DNA from: Caldivirga sp. UBA161
Lineage (GTDB): Archaea > Thermoproteota > Thermoprotei > Thermoproteales > Thermocladiaceae
Length of the DNA stretch: 64,000 bases
NCBI RefSeq assembly: GCF_002506515.1
Contig: NZ_DAXS01000068.1
Location: 20,927-84,926, forward strand
Direction: 5' to 3'
Notes under the pieces: generated by a model
The model's database searches: none
Told to the model about the DNA's origin: nothing
The model's input: only the letters and a program-made list of their open reading frames with translations
Program-made: the position numbers and the translations under genes
Part shown: positions 51,495-60,277 of the stretch, one piece after another
Position numbering within the stretch: the first letter of the stretch is position 1
How the letters are laid out: every line of letters begins with the position of its first letter

Positions 51495-52565
51495 TTAAGC
51501 TGATTTATACTGCTCAAGAATCACTGGTGGTTCGTCATCACTAATAGGTACTGATATTATGCTCTTAGTCCTTTCAGCTAAGTGTTCTATAAGGACCATA
51601 TCCTCAGGGTATACTTCACCAATAACGTTGAATCTAGGGTCTGGTGGGGCATCATCCTTAAATATCCATACTTGTATGTAGTGTGGATTATTATTAACCA
51701 CAGTAACCGCACCCTTAAATCTCCTAACAATGTTCCTCGGCTTAATGTTATTCTCACCAATAGCCGTTAATCCAATGGCCTTCTCCTTAATCCTAACATC
51801 ACGAAACTCCCTATTAAACACCTTAGCCTCCTCCTCAGTTAAGCCGTAATAGGTAATGACCCTTATCCTGGTTCTCCGCTTAGCGGAAGCCACTTTCTTT
51901 AAATCCTCATCTGATGGAAGTGGGTCACCTATCAACACCCTATCTATGTACTTTGAGTTTAGGAGTATTGAAGCTGAATTCTCAATATCCATATGCCTAA
52001 GGCTCTCCACAGTGGTTCTTTCCCCATCCTTAACAGATATGAATATGCCAACTGGTATACCCCTAATGTGGAATTCCTTAGACTTAGCTAACGCATCTTC
52101 AAGGCTTAACCCAGTGTACTCCCATGGGTACCAGTCATGACTAGCCATTAGGTTTTCTGGTTTCTTAACTAGTTTAAGCAATCTATCTAACTCATCAAGT
52201 GGGAAGACACTTGCATTTAATTCAACCTTAATCCCAAGATCATTATTAGCCATCACAGCCAACTGCTCCAGGTTAAAGCCCCAATCAGCCCTAACACCCT
52301 TAATACCCATCTTCTTAAAGAAGCTTAAGTCACTTGGAGATATGCCTAAGTCTGAAAACACCTTAGGATTAATGTCTACGAAGTAATAGTAACCTAATTC
52401 ATTAGCTAGCTTAGCAATATCCTTAACTAAATCCAGGTTATCAAGCCCTATTCCAGACCACGCCTCAGTGAATCCAAGTTCCGCAGCCTTCCTCATTATC
52501 TCAATTGTCCTAGGCACTGTTTCCCTCCTACCGACGGCGAATGATATGCCTATGCTTTTAGGCAT
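51495..52565 (-). CDS. MupG/DUF871 family protein (6-phospho-N-acetylmuramidase-like TIM barrel + C-terminal domain)
   Basis: IGIS, GFTEAWS, VDINP, GIKGVRADWGF, VELNAS, ASHDWYPWEYTGLS, TVESLR, VLIGD, KGAVTV.N, D.R.NVIG, as recalled for DUF871. Confidence 0.8.
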   Translation of the reverse strand: MPKSIGISFAVGRRETVPRTIEIMRKAAELGFTEAWSGIGLDNLDLVKDIAKLANELGYYYFVDINPKVFSDLGISPSDLSFFKKMGIKGVRADWGFNLEQLAVMANNDLGIKVELNASVFPLDELDRLLKLVKKPENLMASHDWYPWEYTGLSLEDALAKSKEFHIRGIPVGIFISVKDGERTTVESLRHMDIENSASILLNSKYIDRVLIGDPLPSDEDLKKVASAKRRTRIRVITYYGLTEEEAKVFNREFRDVRIKEKAIGLTAIGENNIKPRNIVRRFKGAVTVVNNNPHYIQVWIFKDDAPPDPRFNVIGEVYPEDMVLIEHLAERTKSIISVPISDDEPPVILEQYKSA

Positions 52566-52583
52566 GAATACCGAACAGTATTC
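52566..52583. promoter_or_regulatory. Inverted repeat GAATAC-N6-GTATTC between TATA box and MupG-like start codon
   Basis: Seen directly; TTAAAT TATA on minus strand at about 52587-52592. Confidence 0.35.
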
Positions 52584-52669
52584 GATATTTAAGCATTGCT
52601 TGCGAGGTTAACATTAGATTAAGGAAAAATTGACGGAAGAATAGCCGGGTCAACTATAGTAACCGTGCT

Positions 52670-53060
52670 GGCTCAAAGAGTGTGCACTAAATTGGTAACA
52701 GTCCATTAGGCTACAATTACCTAGTGATTACCCCTGGGGTGATTTTTTATGGAAGTGGGATTAATAGGAATGATAAGTAGAGGTGGGTTAACACTAGTGT
52801 TCATGACAAAAACAAACAGCAGGTCCTCTAAGCCTGCTTGGGATTGTTTTAAACTTAGTTTGAATATGAGACCACATATCCCTGAGCCCCTAGGAGCCAA
52901 GAGCATGGGGCTGCTCTTGGTGAGGGGTAATGGATTGAAGGCCCATCTCATAATCCACCATTGAACGAGTAGAGGCGACTAAAAGCCACTAGCAGTAAGG
53001 CAATGAGATGAAGGCGGTAAACCACCCAAAGGCAACCCCCTTAGGGCGATGAGGAGGTCA
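52670..53060 (+). mobile_element. tnpB: Degenerate IS200/IS605-family remnant (tnpB 3' end, omega-RNA region, right end)
   Basis: Residual LN.R.HIPEP..RGNGLKA peptide, then GATGAAGGCGGTAAACCAC and CCCCTTAGGGCGATGAGGAGGTCA, resembling the recalled crenarchaeal IS605 right end. Left boundary approximate. Confidence 0.7.
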
Positions 53061-53061
53061 G

Positions 53062-53274
53062 GTATTGGCTGTTGGTGATGCGGCTAAGTTACCATACCTC
53101 AAGAATCAAGAAATTGCATTTAAGTGCGCCTTATTTACTGTTAATAAGATAATGGAGGATCTTAAAATTAATGATAGGATTAATGCCCAATACGTCCTAA
53201 TTGGTTGGGCATACTTAAGTAATGTGGAGGGTAAACTAAAGGCCTTAAGTCTCCAATTTGGGTTTATTACTTAA
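53062..53274 (+). pseudogene. C-terminal fragment of FAD-dependent pyridine nucleotide-disulfide oxidoreductase (SQR-like)
   Basis: VLAVGDAAKLPYLKNQEIAF is the second FAD-binding motif; the N-terminal Rossmann fold is missing and the fragment begins right at the IS end. Confidence 0.65.
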
Positions 53275-53391
53275 GTAGATTATTCGGTTAAGCATAAGGC
53301 CAGGTTGCCTGTGGTGATTATTAATTAAACCTAAGGTGTAGCTTATTGTCCAATGACTGGGCATTAAGTTTATTTAAGAGGATTTAACAGT

Positions 53392-54396
53392 ATGCCTATG
53401 AGGGCGGTGGTTTTTGAGAAGAATGATTTAAATGACTTAAGAGTGGTTGAGTTAAATAGGCCTAAGCCTAATCCCCATGAGGTAGTTATTAGGGTTACTG
53501 AATCAGGGGTTAATCCTGTAGACTACTATACAGTGACCTCAAGGTGGGTTAAACCAATACCACATATACCTGGTGCTGAGTTTGCAGGTATTGTTGAGGA
53601 GGTGGGGGAGCATGTGTCAACCGTTAAGCCTGGTGATAAGGTTGTGGTATATAGTAGAGTTTTCGACGGCACCTGTGACTTATGCTTAGCATCGATGGAG
53701 AACCTATGTAGGAATGGAGGTATAATAGGCATAGTCACTAATGGTGGTTGGGCAGAGTATGCTGTGGTACCTGATAGGAACATAATTAAACTACCTGATG
53801 ATGTTAATTGGGACTTAGCCGCAAGCTTACCGGTGGCTGCATTAACATCATATCACGCCCTCAGGGAGGCTAATTTAAAGGTTGGGGAAACCCTGGTTGT
53901 CTTTGGAGCATCCGGTAATACCGGCCAGTTCGCTGTTCAACTAGGTAAGTTAATGGGTGCTAGGGTAATTGCAGTAAGTGGGAAGAGTTGGGTCAGTGAA
54001 TTAGGTGCTGATTATGTTGCCTCAATTAATGATGCCAAGAGCATTGTTGAGAAGGTTACTGAGGGAAAAATGGCTGATGTAGTGATTGATCCACTTGGGG
54101 AAAGCACATGGAATACAAGTATTTCACTACTTGGAAGGGGCGGTAGATGGGTTACCTTTGGTCAATTAACCGGTGGAGAGGTTAAGATTCAATTATCGCT
54201 ACTGTACTCTAATCAACTTAAGTTAATTGGATCAACTGGTGGAACCAGGAGGGAGTTACTTGAGTTGGTGAGCATTATGGGTAAGCTTAAGGTTAAGGTT
54301 GACAAGTATTATGAATTAGGTGAAGCCAAGGAGGCACTTACTAGGTTATTTTCACCCCAGAGGAATGGAAGGATAATGATTAAGATTAGTGTTTAA
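53392..54396 (+). CDS. MDR family oxidoreductase (ADH-like; structural Zn site, no catalytic Zn ligands)
   Basis: GVNPVD, PGAEFAG, DGTCDLC..NLC, GASGNTG, GSTGG. Confidence 0.85.
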   Translation: MPMRAVVFEKNDLNDLRVVELNRPKPNPHEVVIRVTESGVNPVDYYTVTSRWVKPIPHIPGAEFAGIVEEVGEHVSTVKPGDKVVVYSRVFDGTCDLCLASMENLCRNGGIIGIVTNGGWAEYAVVPDRNIIKLPDDVNWDLAASLPVAALTSYHALREANLKVGETLVVFGASGNTGQFAVQLGKLMGARVIAVSGKSWVSELGADYVASINDAKSIVEKVTEGKMADVVIDPLGESTWNTSISLLGRGGRWVTFGQLTGGEVKIQLSLLYSNQLKLIGSTGGTRRELLELVSIMGKLKVKVDKYYELGEAKEALTRLFSPQRNGRIMIKISV

Positions 54397-54412
54397 AATC
54401 CTAATTCCACGC

Positions 54413-55666
54413 CTAGGCTGAACTCCTCCTCCAGGATAATGCTGCATAGATTACGTAAAGTAATAGCGCGTTGAAGAAGGCGAAGAATATCAGGCTCCCT
54501 ACTAATAGGCCTGGTTGAATTGAAACTAGGCTGAGTAATGCATTAATTTGCGGAGTTAGGAGTTGACTAATTGTTAACCACTTAGCTACATTAAGCGCGA
54601 AGCTTAGGCCATAAGCCTTAATCAAAGCCTCAGCCGCTGTAACCGGTGGGACAATGGCGTATGGGGCATGGGCTAACCCATTCATTACCTCAGCTGAATC
54701 CATCAACATTGGCGTTAAAACTAGTTTAAGCGCCTCAATGGGCTTACTGGTGATTTTAATTGAAATCACAAGTAGGACCAGAATTATGGCTCCAAGGGCA
54801 ATATTCATGTAAAGCATCCAACTTAGGTTAAAGGTTGGCCTATACAGCTCATAGAATGCTGATTGTAAATATGATGGTGGATGCCCAAATATAGACCATG
54901 CAACCGTTGGTGAATACTGGTAAATAGTGTATAGATACCAGGCTGCGAAGATGGAGTATAGGATGCCGAAGATTAAACCCATAGTGTTACCAATCCTGTG
55001 CCCTAACTCATGGTACTCACTCCTACTTGAGGTGTACCTCCAGCCATGTATAGATGATATTAGTATACTGGTCATGGCTATCGCCCCGAGTAAAGTGGAT
55101 GAGAGTAATGGTGGGTACGTTGGATTACCTAAAGCCTTAGTTAAATTAACGGATAACGTAAAGCCTGTATTTGATGTACTGCTTGGTGTTATTGCCACCC
55201 CTGCAGGGTAATTTATGAAAGCGAAAACTAGCCTAAACATTGCTGGAATAACAGTTAAAGTAATGGCCATGGCGTAACCCACCGCAATATGCTTCATTGG
55301 GCTAAGCCTATTAAATGACCTATAGTAGAAGCCTATGAATGGTAAGGCTATTGCCACACCAAATACTATTGCAATACCCCAAACCGGCCAAAGCAATGCA
55401 CCAGCTATATTAGTGAAGACTGGTAGTAAGCCCGCTAGGAATACTGTCACTATTGTTCCAAAGACCCCACCTATGGCGTATACTGCTATTAAGTAGTTTG
55501 ATAGACCGTGTGCAATATCAATGTAAACCCTCTTACCACTCCTATATCCAATTAACTCAAGCGTGGGCAGCAGCCAACCTAGGCCAAGCACAGTGTAAAC
55601 TAAGGGTAAGTGCACTGAGAAGGCCCATGCAATTAAGGCCACTGCTACTACCACTGGAGAGACCAT
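54413..55666 (-). CDS. cydA': Cytochrome bd-family second subunit, CydA' (CydA paralogue)
   Basis: SVHLPLVY, YAIGGVFGT, AFINYPAG, ALGNP align with CydA, not CydB. Confidence 0.72.
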   Translation of the reverse strand: MVSPVVVAVALIAWAFSVHLPLVYTVLGLGWLLPTLELIGYRSGKRVYIDIAHGLSNYLIAVYAIGGVFGTIVTVFLAGLLPVFTNIAGALLWPVWGIAIVFGVAIALPFIGFYYRSFNRLSPMKHIAVGYAMAITLTVIPAMFRLVFAFINYPAGVAITPSSTSNTGFTLSVNLTKALGNPTYPPLLSSTLLGAIAMTSILISSIHGWRYTSSRSEYHELGHRIGNTMGLIFGILYSIFAAWYLYTIYQYSPTVAWSIFGHPPSYLQSAFYELYRPTFNLSWMLYMNIALGAIILVLLVISIKITSKPIEALKLVLTPMLMDSAEVMNGLAHAPYAIVPPVTAAEALIKAYGLSFALNVAKWLTISQLLTPQINALLSLVSIQPGLLVGSLIFFAFFNALLLYVIYAALSWRRSSA

Positions 55667-55675
55667 GATCCCACC

Positions 55676-57100
55676 CTAGTACTCAATCACCTGTGTAGGC
55701 TTCACCCCCCTAGGTTTAGTGTATAGGTAAACCATGTAGACAGCCAGGGCTGGCATAGCTACCTCAACTATTATTATAAGCGCCACTAACCATCCTGGTA
55801 GGCTTAGGTTAGGGTTAATTAAACCACCCTCATAAACCGGTACCCCAGTTACCGTAGGTGGGCCACCGTTTGGGTTGGGTGATGATTCAACTAGGATGAA
55901 GGGAACCCTACCACTCTCTGCCGTCACTGCACCACCTATTGCCGCTAAAGCTGCGAAGAGGGGCATGGCGTATGGGCCAGTCCTCTCTAGGAATGATGCT
56001 ATTACCTTAGCCCAGTTAAACCTATTGAAGAAACCATTGAACAAGTACCAGAGGGATAAGCCACCGCTCCAAACACCCAGTAATACGCCTAATGTAACCA
56101 TGAAACCCAGGTAGAATATTGGTAGAAAATCAAAGGGGGCTAGAGGTGGCCTTACGTTAGCTGGCCATGAATAATAGCCCCAGAAGGCGTGGTTAAAGGT
56201 ACCGTATGCGAAGAAGCTTGTTAATGGATCAACCTTAAGGCCCTTCCAGAACATGCCTTCAATGGCTGCCAGCTTCAATGGATCAAATTGGAGGACAAGT
56301 TCACCTTGAAGGTGACCAAGTATAAAGCCCTCAATGGCGGTCATAATTGCTACACCGGGTATAATGATTTTAAGCACCTTAACTTGGTCAGGCCTATGCT
56401 CGCGTACGTAACCATAAAGGTATATTGCACCAATCACTGACCACGTTAATATTGCTGCGGCCAGTATTCCATGGAATATGAATACGTTAGCCCCCCACCA
56501 GAACATGTTCCAAGCATCCGTGGGCTTAGCCCAAGTGACCAAGTAGCTTGTTAGGCCTGCGATTGTTTCATTTGATGCAGCTAGATTCTGAACAATCATG
56601 CCGGGTGGCCTCATGCTTAGTGAAGCCATAACCGCTAGAATATTGTAGGCACTCCAATATCCCCCGAAGGCTGCCGCCAAGCCAATTACCCAATGAACCC
56701 AACCGTTCCTTACCTTACCCCACGTGAATACATAAAGTGGTAGGAGTATTACCTCGGTTAGGAAGGCGAATAATTCTAGGTAAAATGGTAAAACAATGGC
56801 AGATCCTATTATTGTAATGAAGTTACTCCATATTGTCACCAACCCAAACTCAACTAATGTACCGAATGCCGCACCTACACCGAAGAATATGGTAGATACC
56901 ACTGAAAACATCCTAGCCTTATCATACCAATCCTTATCATGCTTAGTTAAGTAAATGTATTCCGCAATCACGGCTATTAGTATTGTTCCGAGGAAGGAGG
57001 AGGCAAGGCTTAAGTGAGCTAAGATACCAATGGCTGATACCCACCTAGCTGCATCTAAAGTGCTAGCATTTATTGTTGAGAGAACGTATACTATAGGCAT
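55676..57100 (-). CDS. cydA: Cytochrome bd-type quinol oxidase subunit I
   Basis: LAH (His19 equivalent), FGVGAAFGT..EF, FLTE, FH (His186 equivalent), GH.QG..P.KLAAIEG, M axial region, AESGRVP. Confidence 0.9.
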   Translation of the reverse strand: MPIVYVLSTINASTLDAARWVSAIGILAHLSLASSFLGTILIAVIAEYIYLTKHDKDWYDKARMFSVVSTIFFGVGAAFGTLVEFGLVTIWSNFITIIGSAIVLPFYLELFAFLTEVILLPLYVFTWGKVRNGWVHWVIGLAAAFGGYWSAYNILAVMASLSMRPPGMIVQNLAASNETIAGLTSYLVTWAKPTDAWNMFWWGANVFIFHGILAAAILTWSVIGAIYLYGYVREHRPDQVKVLKIIIPGVAIMTAIEGFILGHLQGELVLQFDPLKLAAIEGMFWKGLKVDPLTSFFAYGTFNHAFWGYYSWPANVRPPLAPFDFLPIFYLGFMVTLGVLLGVWSGGLSLWYLFNGFFNRFNWAKVIASFLERTGPYAMPLFAALAAIGGAVTAESGRVPFILVESSPNPNGGPPTVTGVPVYEGGLINPNLSLPGWLVALIIIVEVAMPALAVYMVYLYTKPRGVKPTQVIEY

Positions 57101-57322
57101 AAAATGCAATCTGCAACAGTATTTTTAAATTTTTATTGATTTACTTAGAAAATAATGTTAATATAATCTTTAGATCTAAGTAATTACTCATTATATAGAT
57201 TTTGCTAGGCGTAATTTATCTGCCATTAATTTATTAGATGTGTATAAATTTAAGGGAGGAACCTACACTTAATGAACCGTAAGGGATATTAATCTGAACC
57301 GCAAGCATAATGTATAGGTGGA

Positions 57323-58117
57323 ATGTCCAGGAGGAAGGATGAGCATCTAATGGATGATATAACGGAGGAGTTGGAGAAGTCCGGAGCTAAGTCTATAGTT
57401 ATTGATAAGGATGATTACTCATACACTATTGTAGCCAGTGTAGATAAGGGTGGGTTAGGTAAAATTATTCTTAAAATAAGCTCAGACTCATCCACAATAC
57501 CGAGAAGCCACATAATTGATCTACTGATAATGCATAAAGTCTTTAAGGCTAAACCAATACTGGTGGATGAGAGTAGGAGAAATGAGGAACTTCAGGATGG
57601 CATCCTTTATGAACATTCAGGCATCCCGCAATTGAATCCAAGTACCTTCAGTGATTTACTTAAGGGTAAACCACTGTTTTTCAAGAACGAAGGTGGTGTA
57701 GTTAAAGTTAGGATAAAGGGTTGGTTACTGAGGGAACTTAGAATGAGGTATGGCTTAAGCCTCGGCGATTTAGCTGAACTACTTTCAGTTAGTAGGAAGG
57801 CCGTATATGAGTATGAGAGGGGTACCATTGATGTTAGCGCTGAGAAGGCGCAGCTATTAATTGAGTTATTTGGTGAGGAAATAGTGGATAGTTGGGATTT
57901 AAGCGTTAAGGATCCTGATCAGAAGATTATGGAGAGAAAAGTGGAGTTGGGTAATCTATTTAACCTGAAGGTTAAGGAGTCATACCTACTGGTTCATACA
58001 CACGGTAAATACGCCACAGTAACCGATAAGGGTAGTGTGTTACTGGGTAATGAGAATAGCAGGGAGGCTGAGGAAGTATCAAGCATCCTTGGCGCCCGCT
58101 ACATTAGGATTCAGTAG
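57323..58117 (+). CDS. Archaeal HTH transcriptional regulator (COG1395-like)
   Basis: LQDGILYE.SGIP, GG..V.IKG..LRELR...GLSLGDLAELLSVSRKAVYEYERG. Confidence 0.85.
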   Translation: MSRRKDEHLMDDITEELEKSGAKSIVIDKDDYSYTIVASVDKGGLGKIILKISSDSSTIPRSHIIDLLIMHKVFKAKPILVDESRRNEELQDGILYEHSGIPQLNPSTFSDLLKGKPLFFKNEGGVVKVRIKGWLLRELRMRYGLSLGDLAELLSVSRKAVYEYERGTIDVSAEKAQLLIELFGEEIVDSWDLSVKDPDQKIMERKVELGNLFNLKVKESYLLVHTHGKYATVTDKGSVLLGNENSREAEEVSSILGARYIRIQ

Positions 58118-58246
58118 AAACGCTAATAAACTCCTGTAAATAATATACCTTCAGTGGCTGTAAGGATTCATAAAACTTATTCAACATCCCTGCTCCAGTG
58201 GGGAAGTACGGTTATGCGTTTAAACTAGGATTATACAGTGGTTAAT

Positions 58247-59617
58247 GTGGGTAAACTATTCGGTACCAATGGAGTTAGGTTAGAGTTCACTAAGGGTAAT
58301 TACGACCCAAGCTTCCTAGTGAAGCTAGTGGGGGCTATAGCAACCTACATTAATACCGGTGATGTATTATTGGGTTTTGACATTAGAGTAACCAGCCTAC
58401 CCATAGTAGGGATACTCTATGGGGCATTATCAATGTATGGTATTAACGTTGATGTAATAGGACCGTTACCAACACCAATACATCAATACTTAACTAAGGC
58501 CTGGGGTTATAGGGCTGGCATAATGGTTACCGCCAGTCATAATCCACCACATTACAATGGTATTAAACTAATGGATAGTAATGGTGTTGAAATCAGTAGG
58601 AAGATTGAGGAGGAGATTGAGTCGGTATTCTTCAGTGGCAAGTATAAGGAGGCCGTTGATTATAAGGATATTGGAGTTACCAGATTCATGAATGTTGAGG
58701 AGGGGTTAAGGGATTATAGGGATCATTTACTAAGCATAATTAATGATGAACCAATTAAGCGTAGGGGATTCAGAATAGTGGCTGACTTCGCCAACAGCGT
58801 AAACTCAATAGCCCTCTCGCATGTTTTAAGGGGACTTAACGTAAAGGTTTACTCAATTAATGGCCACCTTGATGGTGAATTCCCAGGTAGGAACCCTGAA
58901 CCGAGGCCTGAGAACCTTAACTTGGCATCAAGGGCTGTGGTTGAGTCAGGGGCTGACTTTGGTGTTGCATATGATGGTGATGGTGATAGGTCACTCTTCA
59001 TTGACGAGAAGGGTAACGTCATATGGGGGGATAGGACAGGTACAATACTTGCCTTATCCATGATTAAGAGTGGTGATAAAGTGGTTACACCGGTGTCGTC
59101 AAGCATAGTTGTTAAGTGGGCTATAGAGGAGGCTGGTGGTAAGGTTATTTGGACCAGGGTTGGTTCAGTTGATGTTAGTCATAAGGTTATTGAGGAGGAG
59201 GCCTTATGCGGCTTTGAGGATAATGGTGGATTCATATGGCCTAAACACCATCCAGTGAGGGATGGCATATCAACAACATTACTAATGATGAAAGTCCTAT
59301 CCGAGGAGAATGCTAAGTTATCTGAACTCAACGCAAGAATGCCAACAATGTTAACTGTAAGGGAGAGGGTGGAGATGAGTAGGGATCTTGCAGGGAGAAT
59401 CGTTGATGCGCTTAAGGGTAGGAATTGGGGTGGTGAAGTTATTACAATAGATGGGCTTAGGGTTAACTACACAGATTCCTGGTTCCTAGTGAGGCCAAGT
59501 GGTACCGAGAATTTACTTAGGGTTGTTATTGAAGCATCAAGTAATGATAGGTTCAATATCCTTAAGCATGAGGTAATGGATAGTATAGGGAATGAGCTTA
59601 AGAAATTAGTGAAGTAG
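58247..59617 (+). CDS. Phosphohexomutase (PGM/PMM/GlmM family)
   Basis: LFGTNGVR, TASHNP, DGDGDR, FEDNGG, RDG, VRPSGTE. Start moved to GTG 58247. Confidence 0.93.
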   Translation: MGKLFGTNGVRLEFTKGNYDPSFLVKLVGAIATYINTGDVLLGFDIRVTSLPIVGILYGALSMYGINVDVIGPLPTPIHQYLTKAWGYRAGIMVTASHNPPHYNGIKLMDSNGVEISRKIEEEIESVFFSGKYKEAVDYKDIGVTRFMNVEEGLRDYRDHLLSIINDEPIKRRGFRIVADFANSVNSIALSHVLRGLNVKVYSINGHLDGEFPGRNPEPRPENLNLASRAVVESGADFGVAYDGDGDRSLFIDEKGNVIWGDRTGTILALSMIKSGDKVVTPVSSSIVVKWAIEEAGGKVIWTRVGSVDVSHKVIEEEALCGFEDNGGFIWPKHHPVRDGISTTLLMMKVLSEENAKLSELNARMPTMLTVRERVEMSRDLAGRIVDALKGRNWGGEVITIDGLRVNYTDSWFLVRPSGTENLLRVVIEASSNDRFNILKHEVMDSIGNELKKLVK

Positions 59618-59713
59618 CATTAAAAGAGATAATATAGACCTTAGGCTCGCTTAATTTTACTTTTGCCGCAACGCCAGAAACTCTTAAAAAGCTTAATAAA
59701 CTATGTTTAATTA

Positions 59714-60277
59714 ATGAGCTTTGATTCAGCTAAGGTACTAGCTGGCATAGGTGCTTTACTGGCTGGAATTGGCATATTTGGTTACGTTATACCGTCAATA
59801 ATAGGTTTAATACTATTCCTAGTGGGTATGATGGAGTTAGCCGATTACTTTAATGATAGGGGGCTTAAGTCAGATATAATGAATTGGTTCATACTAGGAT
59901 TAATAGCCTTGATAGTGTTGACTGCTGGTGTTTTCCTAGCAATAATACCATTCACAATCTCATTCAGTGGAATGCACATGAATTACCCAATGATACCATA
60001 CCACCCCTATCACCCATTTTTAACTAGTCTACTGATCATCATAGTAGTAATTGTTACAACTGCATTATTCTTCCTATTATCCGCAATCTACCTGCGTAGA
60101 GCAATGAACAACATGAGTTCACGTACTGGTGAAAAATTGTTTGAGTCAGGGGGCTTAATATACTTAATTGGAGCAATTTTAACATTCATAATGATAGGTG
60201 TATTAGTAATTCTAGTAGCTTGGATAATCATAGGCGTGGCATTATTAAGCATTAAGGAACCAGGAAAGAGCACTTAA
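59714..60277 (+). CDS. DUF996 family membrane protein
   Basis: AKVLAGIGALL, IIGLIL, TGEKLFESGG..Y.IGAIL..I.IG...VAWI. Confidence 0.8.
   Translation: MSFDSAKVLAGIGALLAGIGIFGYVIPSIIGLILFLVGMMELADYFNDRGLKSDIMNWFILGLIALIVLTAGVFLAIIPFTISFSGMHMNYPMIPYHPYHPFLTSLLIIIVVIVTTALFFLLSAIYLRRAMNNMSSRTGEKLFESGGLIYLIGAILTFIMIGVLVILVAWIIIGVALLSIKEPGKST

Noticed and set aside
52721..52964. Short ORFs on both strands (71 and 76 aa)
   Set aside because: Explained as eroded tnpB sequence and its antisense; not independent genes.
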